Below the pieces are notes generated by a model. That model did not search any database. It was not told the origin of the DNA and saw only the letters and a list, made by a program, of their open reading frames with translations. From Eledone cirrhosa (taxonomy: Eukaryota), in NCBI GenBank assembly GCA_964016885.1, contig OZ024741.1, forward strand, positions 323,516,001-323,580,000: a stretch of 64,000 bases of DNA, written 5' to 3'. The position numbers and the translations under genes were made by a program. Shown here piece by piece: positions 21,323 to 33,300 of this stretch. Each line of letters begins with the position of its first letter. The first letter of the stretch is position 1.

Positions 21323-24300
21323 TGGTTGTGTGGTTGGTGTTGTGGGTGGTTGTGTGGTTGGTGTTGTGTTGGTTGTGTGGTTGGTGTTGTGTTGGTTGTG
21401 TGGTTGGTGTTGTGGGTGGTTGTGTGGTTGGTGTTGTGGGTGGTTGTGTGGTTGGTGTTTTGGTGGTTATGTGGTTGGTGCTGTGGTGGTTATGTGCTTG
21501 GTGTTGTGGTGGTATGTGCTTGGTGTTGTGGTTGTTGTGTGGTTGGTGGAGTTGTGGTTGTGTGGTTGGTGTTGTGGTGGTTATGTGGTTGGTGTTGTGG
21601 GTGGTTGTCTGGTTGGTGTTGTGGTGGTTATGTGGTTGGTGTTGTGTTGGTTGTGTGGTTAGTGTTGTGGTGGTTGTGTGGTCGGTGTTGAGGTGGTTTG
21701 TGGTTGGTGTTGTGGTGGTTGTGTGGTTGGTGTTGTGTTGGTTGTGTGGTTGGTGTTGAGGTGGTTGTGTCGTTGGTGTTGTGTTGGTTGTGTGGTTGGT
21801 TTTGTGGGTGGTTGTGTGGTTGGTGTTGTGGGTGGTTGTGTGGTTGGTGTTATGGGGGTTGTGTGGTTGGTGTTGTGGGAGGTTGTGTGGTTGGTGTTGT
21901 GTTGGTTGTGTGGTTGGTGTTGTGGTGGTTGTGTGGTTGGTGTTGTGTTGGTTGTGTGGTTGGTGTTGTGGTGGTTATGTGGTTGGCGTTGTGGGTGGTT
22001 GTGTGGTTGGTGTTGTGGGGGCTGTGTGGTTGGTGTTGCGTTGGTTGTGTGGTTGATGTTGTGTTGTTTGTGTGGTTGGTGTTGTGGTGGTTGTGTGGTT
22101 GGTGTTAAGGTGGTTGTGAGGTTGGTGTTCTGGTGGTTGTGTGGTTGGTGTTGTGTTGGTTGTGTGGTTGGTGTTGTGGTGGTTGTGTGGTCGGTGTTGT
22201 GGGAGGTTGTGTGGTTGGTGTTGTGTTGGTTGTGTGGTTGGTGTTGTGTTGGTTGTGTGGTTGGTGTTGTGGGTGGTTGTGTGGTTGGTGTTGTGGGTGG
22301 TTATGTTGTTGGTATTGTAGGTGTTTGCGGGGTTGTTGTGTTGGTTGTGTGGTTGGTGTTGTGGGTGGTTGTGTGGTTGGTGTTGTGGGTGGTTGTGTGG
22401 TTGGTGTTTTGGTGGTTATGTGGTTGGTGCTGTGGTGGTTATGTGCTTGGTGTTGTGGTGGTATGTGCTTGGTGTTGTGGTTGTTGTGTGGTTGGTGGAG
22501 TTGTGGTTGTGTGGTTGGTGTTGTGGTGGTTATGTGGTTGGTGTTGTGGGTGGTTGTCTGGTTGGTGTTGTGGTGGTTATGTGCTTGGTATTGTGGTGGT
22601 ATGTGGTTGGTGTTGTGGTTATTGTGTGGTTGGTGTTGTGGGTGGTTGTCTGGTTGGTGTTGTGGTGGTTATGTGGTTGGTGTTGTGTTGGTTGTGTGGT
22701 TAGTGTTGTGGTGGTTGTGTGGTCGGTGTTGAGGTGGTTTGTGGTTGGTGTTGTGGTGGTTGTGTGGTTGGAGTTGTGTTGGTTGTGTGGTTGGTGTTGA
22801 GGTGGTTGTGTCGTTGGTGTTGTGTTGGTTGTGTGGTTGGTTTTGTGGGTGGTTGTGTGGTTGGTGTTGTGGGTGGTTGTGTGGTTGGTGTTGTGGGGGT
22901 TGTGTGGTTGGTGTTGTGGGAGGTTGTGTGGTTGGTGTTGTGTTGGTTGTGTGGTTGGCGTTGTGGTGGTTATGTGCTTGGTATTGTGGTGGTATGTGGT
23001 TGGTGTTGTGGTTATTGTGTGGTTGGTGTTGTGTTGGTTGTGTGGTTGGTGTTGTGGTGGTTGTGTGGTTGTTGTTGTGTTGGTTGTGAGGTTGGTGTTG
23101 TGGTGGTATGTGGTTGGTGTTGTGGTTGTTGTGTGGTTGGTGTTGTGGGTGGTTGTGTGGTTGGTGTTGTGGTGGTTGTGTGGTTGGTGTTGTGGTGGTT
23201 ATGTGGTTGGTGTTGCGTTGGTTGTGTGGTTGATGTTGTGTTGTTTGTGTGGTTGGTGTTGTGGTGGTTGTGTGGTTGGTGTTAAGGTGGTTGTGTGGTT
23301 GGTGTTCTGGTGGTTGTGTGGTTGGTGTTGTGTTGGTTGTGTGGTTGGTGTTGAGGTGGTTGTGTGGTTGGTGTTGTGGTGGTTATGTGGTTGGTGTTGT
23401 AGGTAGTTGTTTGGTTGGTGTTGTATTGGTTGTGTGGTTGGTGTTGTGGTGGTTATGTGGTTGGTGTTGTAGGTAGTTGTTTGGTTGGTGTTGTATTGGT
23501 TGTGTGGTTGGTGTTGTGGTGGTTGTGTGGTTGGTGTTGTGTGTGGTTGTGTGGTTGGTGTTGTGTTGGTTGTGTGGTTGGTGTTGTGGTGGTTATGTGG
23601 TTGGTGTTGTGGAGGTTATGTAGTTGGTGTTGTGGTGGTTGTGTGGTTGGTGTTGTTGTGGTTATGTGGTTGGTGTTGTGTTGGTTGTGTGGTTGGTGTT
23701 GTGTTGGTTGTGTGGTTGGTGTTGTGGTGGTCATGTGGTTGGTGTTGTGTTGGTTGTGTGGTTGGTGTTGTATTGGTTGTGAGGTTGTGTGGTTGGTGTT
23801 GTGGGTGGTTATGTGGTTGGTGTTGTGGTGGTTATGTGGTTGGTTTGTGGGTGGTTGTGTGGTTGGTGTTGTGGTGGTTATGTGGTTGGTGTTGTGGGTG
23901 GTTGTGTTGTTGATGTTGTGTTGCTTGTGTGGTAGGTGTTGTGTTAGTTGTGTGGTTGGTGTTGTGGTGGTTATGTGGTTGGTGTTGTGGGTGGTTGTGT
24001 GGTTGGTGTTATGTTGGTTGAGTCATTGGTGTTGTAGGTGTTTGTGTGGTTAGTGTTGTGTTGGTTATGTGGTTGGTGTTGTGGTGGTTATGTGGTTGGA
24101 GTTGTGGTGGTTATATGGTTGGTGTTGTTGTGGTTATGTGTTTGGTGTTGTGGTGGTTATGTGGTTGGTTTTGTGTTGGTTGTGTGGTTGGTGTTGTGGT
24201 GGTTATGTGGTTGGTGTTGTGTTGGTTGCGTGGTTGGTGTTGTATTGGTTGTGAGGTTGTGTGGTTGGTGTTGTGGGTGGTTATGTGGTTGGTGTTGTGG

Positions 24301-27300
24301 TGGTTATGTGGTTGGTGTTGTGGGTGGTTTTGTGGTTGTTGTTGTGTTGTTTGTGTGGTTGGTGTTGTGGGTAGTTGTGTGGTTGGTGTTGTGGTGGTTA
24401 TGTGGTTGGTATTGTGGTGGTTATGTGGTTGGTGTTGTGGTGGTTATGTGGTTGGTGTTGTGGTGGTTGTGTGGTTGGTGTTTTTGTGGTTATGTGGTTG
24501 GTGTTGTGGGTGGTTGTGTGGTTTGTGTTGTGGTTGTTATGTGGTTGGTGTTTGTGGGTGGTTGTGTGGTTGGTGTTGTGGTGGTTATGTGGTTGGTGTT
24601 GTGGGTGGTTGGTGTTGTGTTGGTTGTGTGGTTGGTGTTGTGTTGATTGTGTGGTTGGTGTAATGGTGGTTATGTGGTTGGTGTTGTGGGTGGTTGTGTG
24701 GTTGGTGTTGTGGGTGTCTATGTGGTTGGTGTTGTGGGTAGTTGTGTGGTTGTTGTTGTGTTGGTTGTGTGGTTGGTGTCGTGGGTGGTTGTGTGGTTGG
24801 TGTTGTGGTGGTTATGTGGTTGGTATTGTGGTGGTTATGTGGTTGGTGTTGTGGTGGTTATGTGGTTGGTGTTGTGGTGGTTGTGTGGTTGGTGTTGTGG
24901 TGGTTATGTGGTTGGTGTTGTGGGTGGTTGTGTGGTTGGTGTTGTGGTGGTTATGTGGTTGGTGTTGTGGGTGGTTGTGTGGTTGGTGTTATGTTGCTTG
25001 TGTGGTTGGTGTTGTGGTGGTTATGTGGTTGGTGTTGTGTTGGTTGTGTGGTTGGTGTTGTGTTGGTTGTGTGGTTGGTGTTGTGGTGGTTATGTGGTTG
25101 GTGTTGTGTTGGTTGTGTGGTTGGTGTTGTATTGGTTGTGAGGTTGTGTGGTTGGTGTTGTGGGTGGTTATGTGGTTGATGTTGTGGTGGTTATGTGGTT
25201 GGTGTTGTGGGTGGTTGTGTGGTTGTTGTTGTGTTGGTTGTGTGGTTGGTGTTGTGGGTGGTTGTGTGGTTGGTGTTGTGGTGGTTGTGTGGTTGGTATT
25301 GTGGTGGTTATGTGGTTGGTGTTGTGGAGGTTATGTAGTTGGTGTTGTGGTGGTTGTGTGGTTGGTGTTGTGTTGGTTGTGTGGTTGGTGTTGTGGTGGT
25401 CATGTGGTTGGTGTTGTGTTGGTTGTGTGGTTGGTGTTGTATTGGTTGTGAGGTTGTGTGGTTGGTGTTGTGGGTGGTTATGTGGTTGGTGTTGTGGTGG
25501 TTATGTGGTTGGTGTTGTGGGTGGTTGTGTGGTTGCTGTTGTGGTGGTTATGTGGTTGGTGTTGTGGGTGGTTGTGTTGTTGATGTTGTGTTGCTTGTGT
25601 GGTTGGTGTTGTGTTGGTTGTGTGGTTGGTGTTGTGGTGGTTATGTGGTTGGTGTTGTGGGTGGTTGTGTGGTTGGTGTTATGTTGGTTGTGTTATTGGT
25701 GTTGTAGATGTTTGTGTGGTTAGTGTTGTGTTGGTTATGTGGTTGGTGTTGTGGTGGTTATGTGGTTGGAGTTGTGGTGGTTATATGGTTGGTGTTGTTG
25801 TGGTTATGTGTTTGGTGTTGTGGTGGTTATGTGGTTGGTGTTGTGTTGGTTGTGTGGTTGGTGTTGTGGTGGTTATGTGGTTCGTGTTGTGTTGGCTGTG
25901 TGGTTGGTGTTGTGTTGGTTATGTGGTTGGTGTTGTGGTGGTTATGTGGTTGGAGTTGTGGTGGTTATATGGTTGGTGTTGTTGTGGTTATGTGTTTGGT
26001 GTTGTGGTGATTATGTGGTTGGTGTTGTGTTGGTTGCGTGGTTGGTGTTGTATTGGTTGTGAGGTTGTGTGGTTGGTGTTGTGGGTGGTTATGTGGTTGC
26101 TGTTGTGGTGGTTATGTGGTTGGTGTTGTGGGTGGTTTTGTGGTTGTTGTTGTGTTGGTTGTGTGGTTGGTGTTGTGGGTAGTTGTGTGGTTGGTGTTGT
26201 GGTGGTTATGTGGTTGGTATTGTGGTGGTTATGTGGTTGGTGTTGTGGTGGTTATGTGGTTGGTGTTGTGGTGGTTGTGTGGTTGGTGTTTTTGTGGTTA
26301 TGTGGTTGGTGTTGTGTTGGTTGTGTGGTTGCTGTTGTGTTGGTTGTGTGGCTGGTGTTGTGTTGGTTATGTGGTTGGTGTTGTGGGTGGTTGTGTGGTT
26401 TGTGTTGTGGTTGTTATGTGGTTTGTGTTTGTGGGTGGTTGTGTGGTTGGTGTTGTGGTGGTTATGTGGTTGGTGTTGTGGGTGGTTGGTGTTGTGTTGG
26501 TTGTGTGGTTGGTGTTGTGTTGATTGTGTGGTTGGTGTTATGGTGGTTATGTGGTTGGTGTTGTGGGTGGTTGTGTGGTTGGTGTTGTGGGTGGTTGTGT
26601 GGTCGGTATTGTGTTGGTTGTGTGGTTGGTGTTGTGGTGGTTGTGTGGTTGGTGTTGTGTTGGTTGTGTGGTTAGTGTTGTGGGTGGTTGTGTCGTTGGT
26701 GTTGTGGTGGTTGTGTGGTTGGTGTTGTATTGGTTGTGTGGTTGGTGTTGTGGTGGCTGTGTGATTGGTGTTGTGGGTGGTTGTGTGGTTGGTGTTGTGG
26801 GTGGTTGTGTGGTGTGTGTTGTGTTGGTTGTGTGGTTGGTGTTGTGGTGGTTATGTGGTTGTAGTTGTGTGTGGTTGTGTCGTTGGTGTTGTGGTGATTG
26901 TGTGGTTGGTGTTGTGGGTGGTTGTGTGGTTGGTGTTGTGGTGGTTATGTGGTTGGTGTTGTGTTGGTTGTGTGGTTGGTGTTGTATTGGTTGTGAGGTT
27001 GTGTGGTTGGTGTTGTGGGTGGCTATGTGGTTGGTGTGGTGGGTAGTTGTGTGGTTGTTGTTGTGTTGGTTGTGTGGTTGGTGTCGTGGGTGGTTATGTG
27101 GTTGGTATTGTGGTGGTTATGTGGTTGGTGTTGTGGTGGTTATGTGGTTGGTGTTGTGGTGGTTGTGTGGTTGGTGTTGTGGTGGTTATGTGGTTGGTGT
27201 TGTGGGTGGTTGTGTGATTGGTGTTGTGGTGGTTATGTGGTTGGTGTTGTGGGTGGTTGTGTGGTTGGTGTTATGTTGGTTGTGTGGTTGGTGTTGTGGT

Positions 27301-30300
27301 GGTTATGTGGTTGGTGTTGTGTTGGTTGTGTGGTTGGTGTTGTGTTGGTTGTGTGTTTGGTGTTGTGGTGGTTATGTGGTTGGTGTTGTGTTGGTTGGGT
27401 GGTTGGTGTTGTATTGGTTGTGAGGTTGTGTGGTTGGTGTTGTGGGTGGTTATGTGGTTGGTGTTGTGGTGGTTATGTGGTTGGTGTTGTGGGTGGTTGT
27501 GTGGTTGTTGTTGTGTTGGTTGTGTGGTTGGTGTTGTGGGTGGTTGTGTGGTTGGTGTTGTGGTGGTTGTGTGGTTGGTATTGTGGTGGTTATGTGGTTG
27601 GTGTTGTGGAGGTTATGTAGTTGGTGTTGTGGTGGTTGTGTGGTTGGTGTTGTTGTGGTTATGTGGTTGGTGTTGTGTTGGTTGTGTGGTTGGTGTTGTG
27701 TTGGTTGTGTGGTTGGTGTTGTGGTGGTCATGTGGCTGGTGTTGTGTTGGTTGTGTGGTTGGTGTTGTATTGGTTGTGAGGTTGTGTGGTTGGTGTTGTG
27801 GGTGGTTATGTGGTTGGTGTTGTGGTGGTTATGTGGTTGGTGTTGTGGGTGGTTGTGTGGTTGGTGTTGTGGTGGTTATGTGGTTGGTGTTGTGGGTGGT
27901 TGTGTTGTTGATGTTGTGTTGCTTGTGTGGTTGGTGTTGTGTTGGTTGTGTGGTTGGTGTTGTGATGGTTATGTGGTTGGTGTTGTGGGTGGTTGTGTGG
28001 TTGGTGTTATGTTGGTTGTGTCATTGGTGTTGTAGGTGTTTGTGTGGTTAGTGTTGTGTTGGTTATGTGGTTGGTGTTGTGGTGGTTATGTGGTTGGAGT
28101 TGTGGTTGTTATATGGTTGGTGTTGTTGTGGTTATGTGTTTGGTGTTGTGGTGGTTATGTGGTTGGTGTTGTGTTGGTTGTGTGGTTGGTGTTGTGGTGG
28201 TTATGTGGTTCGTGTTGTGTTGGCTGTGTGGTTGGTGTTGTGGTGATTATGTGGTTGGTGTTGTGTTGGTTCCGTGGTTGGTGTTGTATTGGTTGTGAGG
28301 TTGTGTGGTTGGTGTTGTGGGTGGTTATGTGGTTGCTGTAGTGGTGGTTATGTGGTTGGTGTTGTGGTTGGTTTTGTGGTTGTTGTTGTGTTGGTTGTGT
28401 GGTTGGTGTTGTGGGTAGTTGTGTGGTTGGTGTTGTGGTGGTTATGTGGTTGGTATTGTGGTGGTTATGTGGTTGGTGTTGTGGTGGTTATGTGGTTGGT
28501 GTTGTGGTGGTTGTGTGGTTGGTGTTTTTGTGGTTATGTGGTTGGTGTTGTGTTGGTTGTGTGGTTGCTGTTGTGTTGGTTGTGTGGCTGGTGTTGTGGT
28601 GGTTATGTGGTTGGTGTTGTGGGTGGTTGTGTGGTTTGTGTTGTGGTTGTTATGTGGTTTGTGTTTGTGGGTGGTTGTGTGGTTGGTGTTGTGGTGGTTG
28701 TGTGGTTGGTGTTGTGTTGGTTGTGTGGTTAGTGTTGTGGGTGGTTGTGTCGTTGGTGTTGTGGTGGTTGTGTGGTTGGTGTTATATTGGTTGTGTGGTT
28801 GGTGTTGTGGTGGCTGTGTGATTGGTGTTGTGGGTGGTTGTGTGGTTGGTGTTGTGAGTGGTTGTGTGGTGTGTGTTGTGTTGGTTGTGTGGTTGGTGTT
28901 GTGGTGGTTATGTGGTTGGTGTTGTGTTGGTTGTGTGGTTGGTGTTGTATTGGTTGTGAGGTTGTGTGGTTGGTGTTGTGGGTGGCTATGTGGTTGGTGT
29001 TGTGGGTAGTTGTGTGGTTGTTGTTGTGTTGGTTGTGTGGTTGGTGTTGTGGGTGGTTGTGTGGTTGGTGTTGTGGTGGTTATGTGGTTGGTATTGTGGT
29101 GGTTATGTGGTTGGTGTTGTGTTGGTTGTGTGGTTGGTGTTGTATTGGTTGTGAGGTTGTGTGGTTGGTGTTGTGGGTGGCTATGTGGTTGGTGTTGTGG
29201 GTAGTTGTGTGGTTGTTGTTGTGTTGGTTGTGTGGTTGGTGTTGTGGGTGGTTGTGTGGTTGGTGTTGTGGTGGTTATGTGGTTGGTATTGTGGTGGTTA
29301 TGTGGTTGGTGTTGTGGTGGTTATGTGGTTGGTGTTGTGGTGGTTGTGTGGTTGGTGTTGTGGTGGTTATGTGGTTGGTGTTGTGTTGGTTGTGTGGTTG
29401 GTGTTGTGGTGGTTATGTGGTTGGTGTTGTAGGTAGTTGTTTGGTTGGTGTTGTATTGGTTGTGTGGTTGGTGTTGTGGTGGTTATGTGGTTGGTGTTGT
29501 AGGTAGTTGTTTGGTTGGTGTTGTATTGGTTGTGTGGTTGGTGTTGTGGTGGTTGTGGGGTTGGTGTTGAGGGTGGTTGTGTGGTTGGTGTTGTGTTGGT
29601 TGTGTGGTTGGTGTTGTGGTGGTTATGTGGTTGGTGTTGTGGAGGTTATGTAGTTGGTGTTGTGGTGGTTGTGTGGTTGGTGTTGTTGTGGTTATGTGGT
29701 TGGTGTTGTGTTGGTTGTGTGGTTGGTGTTGTGTCGGTTGTGTGGTTGGTGTTGTGGTGGTCATGTGGTTGGTGTTGTGTTGGTTGTGTGGTTGGTGTTG
29801 TATTGGTTGTGAGGTTGTGTGGTTGGTGTTGTGGGTGGTTATGTGGTTGGTGTTGTGGTGGTTATGTGGTTGGTGTTGTGGGTGGTTGTGTGGTTGGTGT
29901 TGTGGTGGTTATGTGGTTGGTGTTGTGGGTGGTTGTGTTGTTGATGTTGTGTTGCTTGTGTGGTTGGTGTTGTGTTGGTTGTGTGGTTGGTATTGTGGTG
30001 GTTATGTGGTTGGTGTTGTGGGTGGTTGTGTGGTTGGTGTTATGTTGGTTGTGTCATTGGTGTTGTAGGTGTTTGTGTGGTTAGTGTTGTGTTGGTTATG
30101 TGGTTGGTGTTGTGGTGGTTATGTGGTTGGAGTTGTGGTGGTTATATGGTTGGTGTTGTTGTGGTTATGTGTTTGGTGTTGTGGTGGTCATGTGGTTGGT
30201 GTTGTGTTGGTTGTGTGGTTGGTGTTGTGGTGGTTATGTGGTTCGTGTTGTGTTGGCTGTGTGGTTGGTGTTGTGGTGGTTATGTGGTTGGTGTTGTGTT

Positions 30301-33300
30301 GGTTGCGTGGTTGGTGTTGTATTGGTTGTGAGGTTGTGTGGTTGGTGTTGTGGGTGGTTATGTGGTTGGTGTTGTGGTGGTTATGTGGCTGGTGTTGTGG
30401 GTGGTTTTGTGGTTGTTGTTGTGTTGTTTGTGTGGTTGGTGTTGTTGGTAGTTGTGTGGTTGGTGTTGTGGTGGTTATGTGGTTGGTATTGTGGTGGTTA
30501 TGTGGTTGGTGTTGTGGTGGTTATGTGGTTGGTGTTGTGGTGGTTGTGTGGTTGGTGTTTTTGTGGTTATGTGGTTGGTGTTGTGTTGGTTGTGTGGTTG
30601 CTGTTGTGTTGGTTGTGTGGCTGGTGTTGTGGTGGTTATGTGGTTGGTGTTGTGGGTGGTTGTGTGGTTTGTGTTGTGGTTGTTATGTGGTTGGTGTTTG
30701 TGGGTGGTTGTGTGGTTGGTGTTGTGGTGGTTATGTGGTTGGTGTTGTGGGTGGTTGGTGTTGTGTTGGTTGTGTGGTTGGTGTTGTGTTGATTGTGTGG
30801 TTGGTGTTATGGTGGTTATGTGGTTGGTGTTGTGGGTGGTTGTGTGGTTGGTGTTGTGGGTGGTTGTGTGGTCGGTATTGTGTTGGTTGTGTGGTTGGTG
30901 TTGTGGTGGTTGTGTGGTTGGTGTTGTGTTGGTTGTATGGTTAGTGTTGTGGGTGGTTGTGTCGTTGGTGTTGTGGTGGTTGTGTGGTTGGTGTTGTATT
31001 GGTTGTGTGGTTGGTGTTGTGGTGGCTGTGTGCCTGGTGTTGTGGGTGGTTGTGTGGTTGGTGTTGTGGGTGGTTGTGTGGTGTGTGTTGTGTTGGTTGT
31101 GTGGTTGGTGTTGTGGTGGTTATGTGGTTGGTGTTGTAGGTAGTTGTTTGGTTGGTGTTGTATTGGTTGTGTGGTTGGTGTTGTGGTGGTTATGTGGTTG
31201 GTGTTGTAGGTAGTTGTTTGGTTGGTGTTGTATTGGTTGTGTGGTTGGTGTTGTGGGTGGTTATGTGGTTGGTGTTGTGTTCGTTGTGTGGTTGGTGTTG
31301 AGGTGGTTGTGTGGTTGGTGTTGTGGTGGTTGTGTGGTTGGTGTTGTGGGTGGTTGTGTGGTTGGTGTTGTGTTGGTTGTGTGGTTGGTGTTGTGTTGGT
31401 TATGTGGTTGGTGTTGTGGAGGTTATGTAGTTGGTGTTGTGGTGGTTGTGTTGTTGGTGTTGTTGTGGTTATGTGGTTGTGTTGTGTTGGTTGTGTGGTT
31501 GGTGTTGTGTTGGTTGTGTGGTTGGTGTTGGGTGGTCATGTGGTTGGTGTTGTGTTGGTTGTGTGGTTGGTGTTGTATTGGTTGTGAGGTTGTGTGGTTG
31601 GTGTTGTGGGTGGTTATGTGGTTGGTGTTGTGGTGGTTATGTGGTTGGTGTTGTTGGTGGTTGTATGGTTGGTGTTGTGGTGGTTATGTGGTTGGTGTTG
31701 TGGGTGGTTGTGTTGTTGATGTTGTGTTGCTTGTGTGGTTGGTGTTGTGTTGGTTGTGTGGTTGGTGTTGTGGTGGTTATGTGGTTGTTGTTGTGGGTGG
31801 TTGTGTGGTTGGTGTTATGTTTGTTGTGTCATTGGTGTTGTAGGTGTTTGTGTGGTTAGTGTTGTGTTGGTTATGTGGTTGGTGTTGTGGTGGTTATGTG
31901 GTTGGAGTTGTGGTGGTTATATGGTTGGTGTTGTTGTGGTTATGTGTTTGGTGTTGTGGTGGTTATGTGGTTGGTATTGTGTTGGTTGTGTGGTTGGTGT
32001 TGTGGTGGTTATGTGGTTCGTGTTGTGTTGGCTGTGTGGTTGGTGTTGTGGTGGTTATGTGGTTGGTGTTGTGTTGGTTGCGTGGTTGGTGTTGTATTGG
32101 TTGTGAGGTTGTGTGGTTGGTGTTGTGGGTGGTTTATGTGGTTGGTGTTGTGGTGGTTATGTGGTTGGTGTTGTGGGTGGTTTTGTGGTTGTTGTTGTGT
32201 TGTTTGTGTGGTTGGTGTTGTGGGTAGTTGTGTGGTTGGTGTTGTGGTGGTTATGTGGTTGGTATTGTGGTGGTTATGTGGTTGGTGTTGTGGTGGTTAT
32301 GTGGTTGGTGTTGTGGTGGTTGTGTGGTTGGTGTTTTTGTGGTTATGTGGTTGGTGTTGTGTTGGTTGTGTGGTGGCTGTTGTGTTGGTTGTGTGGCTGG
32401 TGTTGTGGTGGTTATGTGGTTGGTGTTGTGGGTGGTTGTGTGGTTTGTGTTGTGGTTGTTATGTGGTTGGTGTTTGTGGGTGGTTGTGTGGTTGGTGTTG
32501 TGGTGGTTATGTGGTTGGTGTTGTGGGTGGTTGGTGTTGTGTTGGTTGTGTGGTTGGTGTTGTGTTGATTGTGTGGTTGGTGTTATGGTGGTTATGTGGT
32601 TGGTGTTGTGGGTGGTTGTGTGGTTTGTGCTGTGGTTGTTATGTGGTTGGTGTTTGTGGGTGGTTGTGTGGTTGGTGTTGTGGTGGTTATGTGGTTGGTG
32701 TTGTGGGTGGTTGGTGTTGTGTTGGTTGTGTGGTTGGTGTTGTGTTGATTGTGTGGTTGGTGTTATGGTGGTTATGTTGTTGGTGTTGTGGGTGGTTGTG
32801 TGGTTGGTGTGTGGGTGGTTGTGTGGTCGGTATTGTGTTGGTTGTGTGGTTGGTATTGTGGTGGTTGTGTGGTTGGTGTTGTGTTGGTTGTGTGGTTAGT
32901 GTTGTGGGTGGTTGTGTCGTTGGTGTTGTGGTGGTTGTGTGGTTGGTGTTGTATTGGTTGTGTGGTTGGTGTTGTGGTGGCTGTGTGCTTGGTGTTGTGG
33001 GTGGCTGTGTGGTTGGTGTTGTGGGTGGTTGTGTGGTGTGTGTTGTGTTGGTTGTGTGGTTGGTGTTGTGGTGGTTATGTGGTTGTAGTTGTGTGTGGTT
33101 GTGTCGTTGGTGTTGTGGTGATTGTGTGGTTGGTGTTGTGGGTGGTTGTGTGGTTGGTGTTGTGGTGGTTATGTGGTTCGTGTTGTGTTGGTTGTGTGGT
33201 TGGTGTTGTATTGGTTGTGAGGTTGTGTGGTTGGTGTTGTGGGTGGCTATGTGGGTGGTGTTGTGGGTAGTTGTGTGGTTGTTGTTGTGTTGGTTGTGTG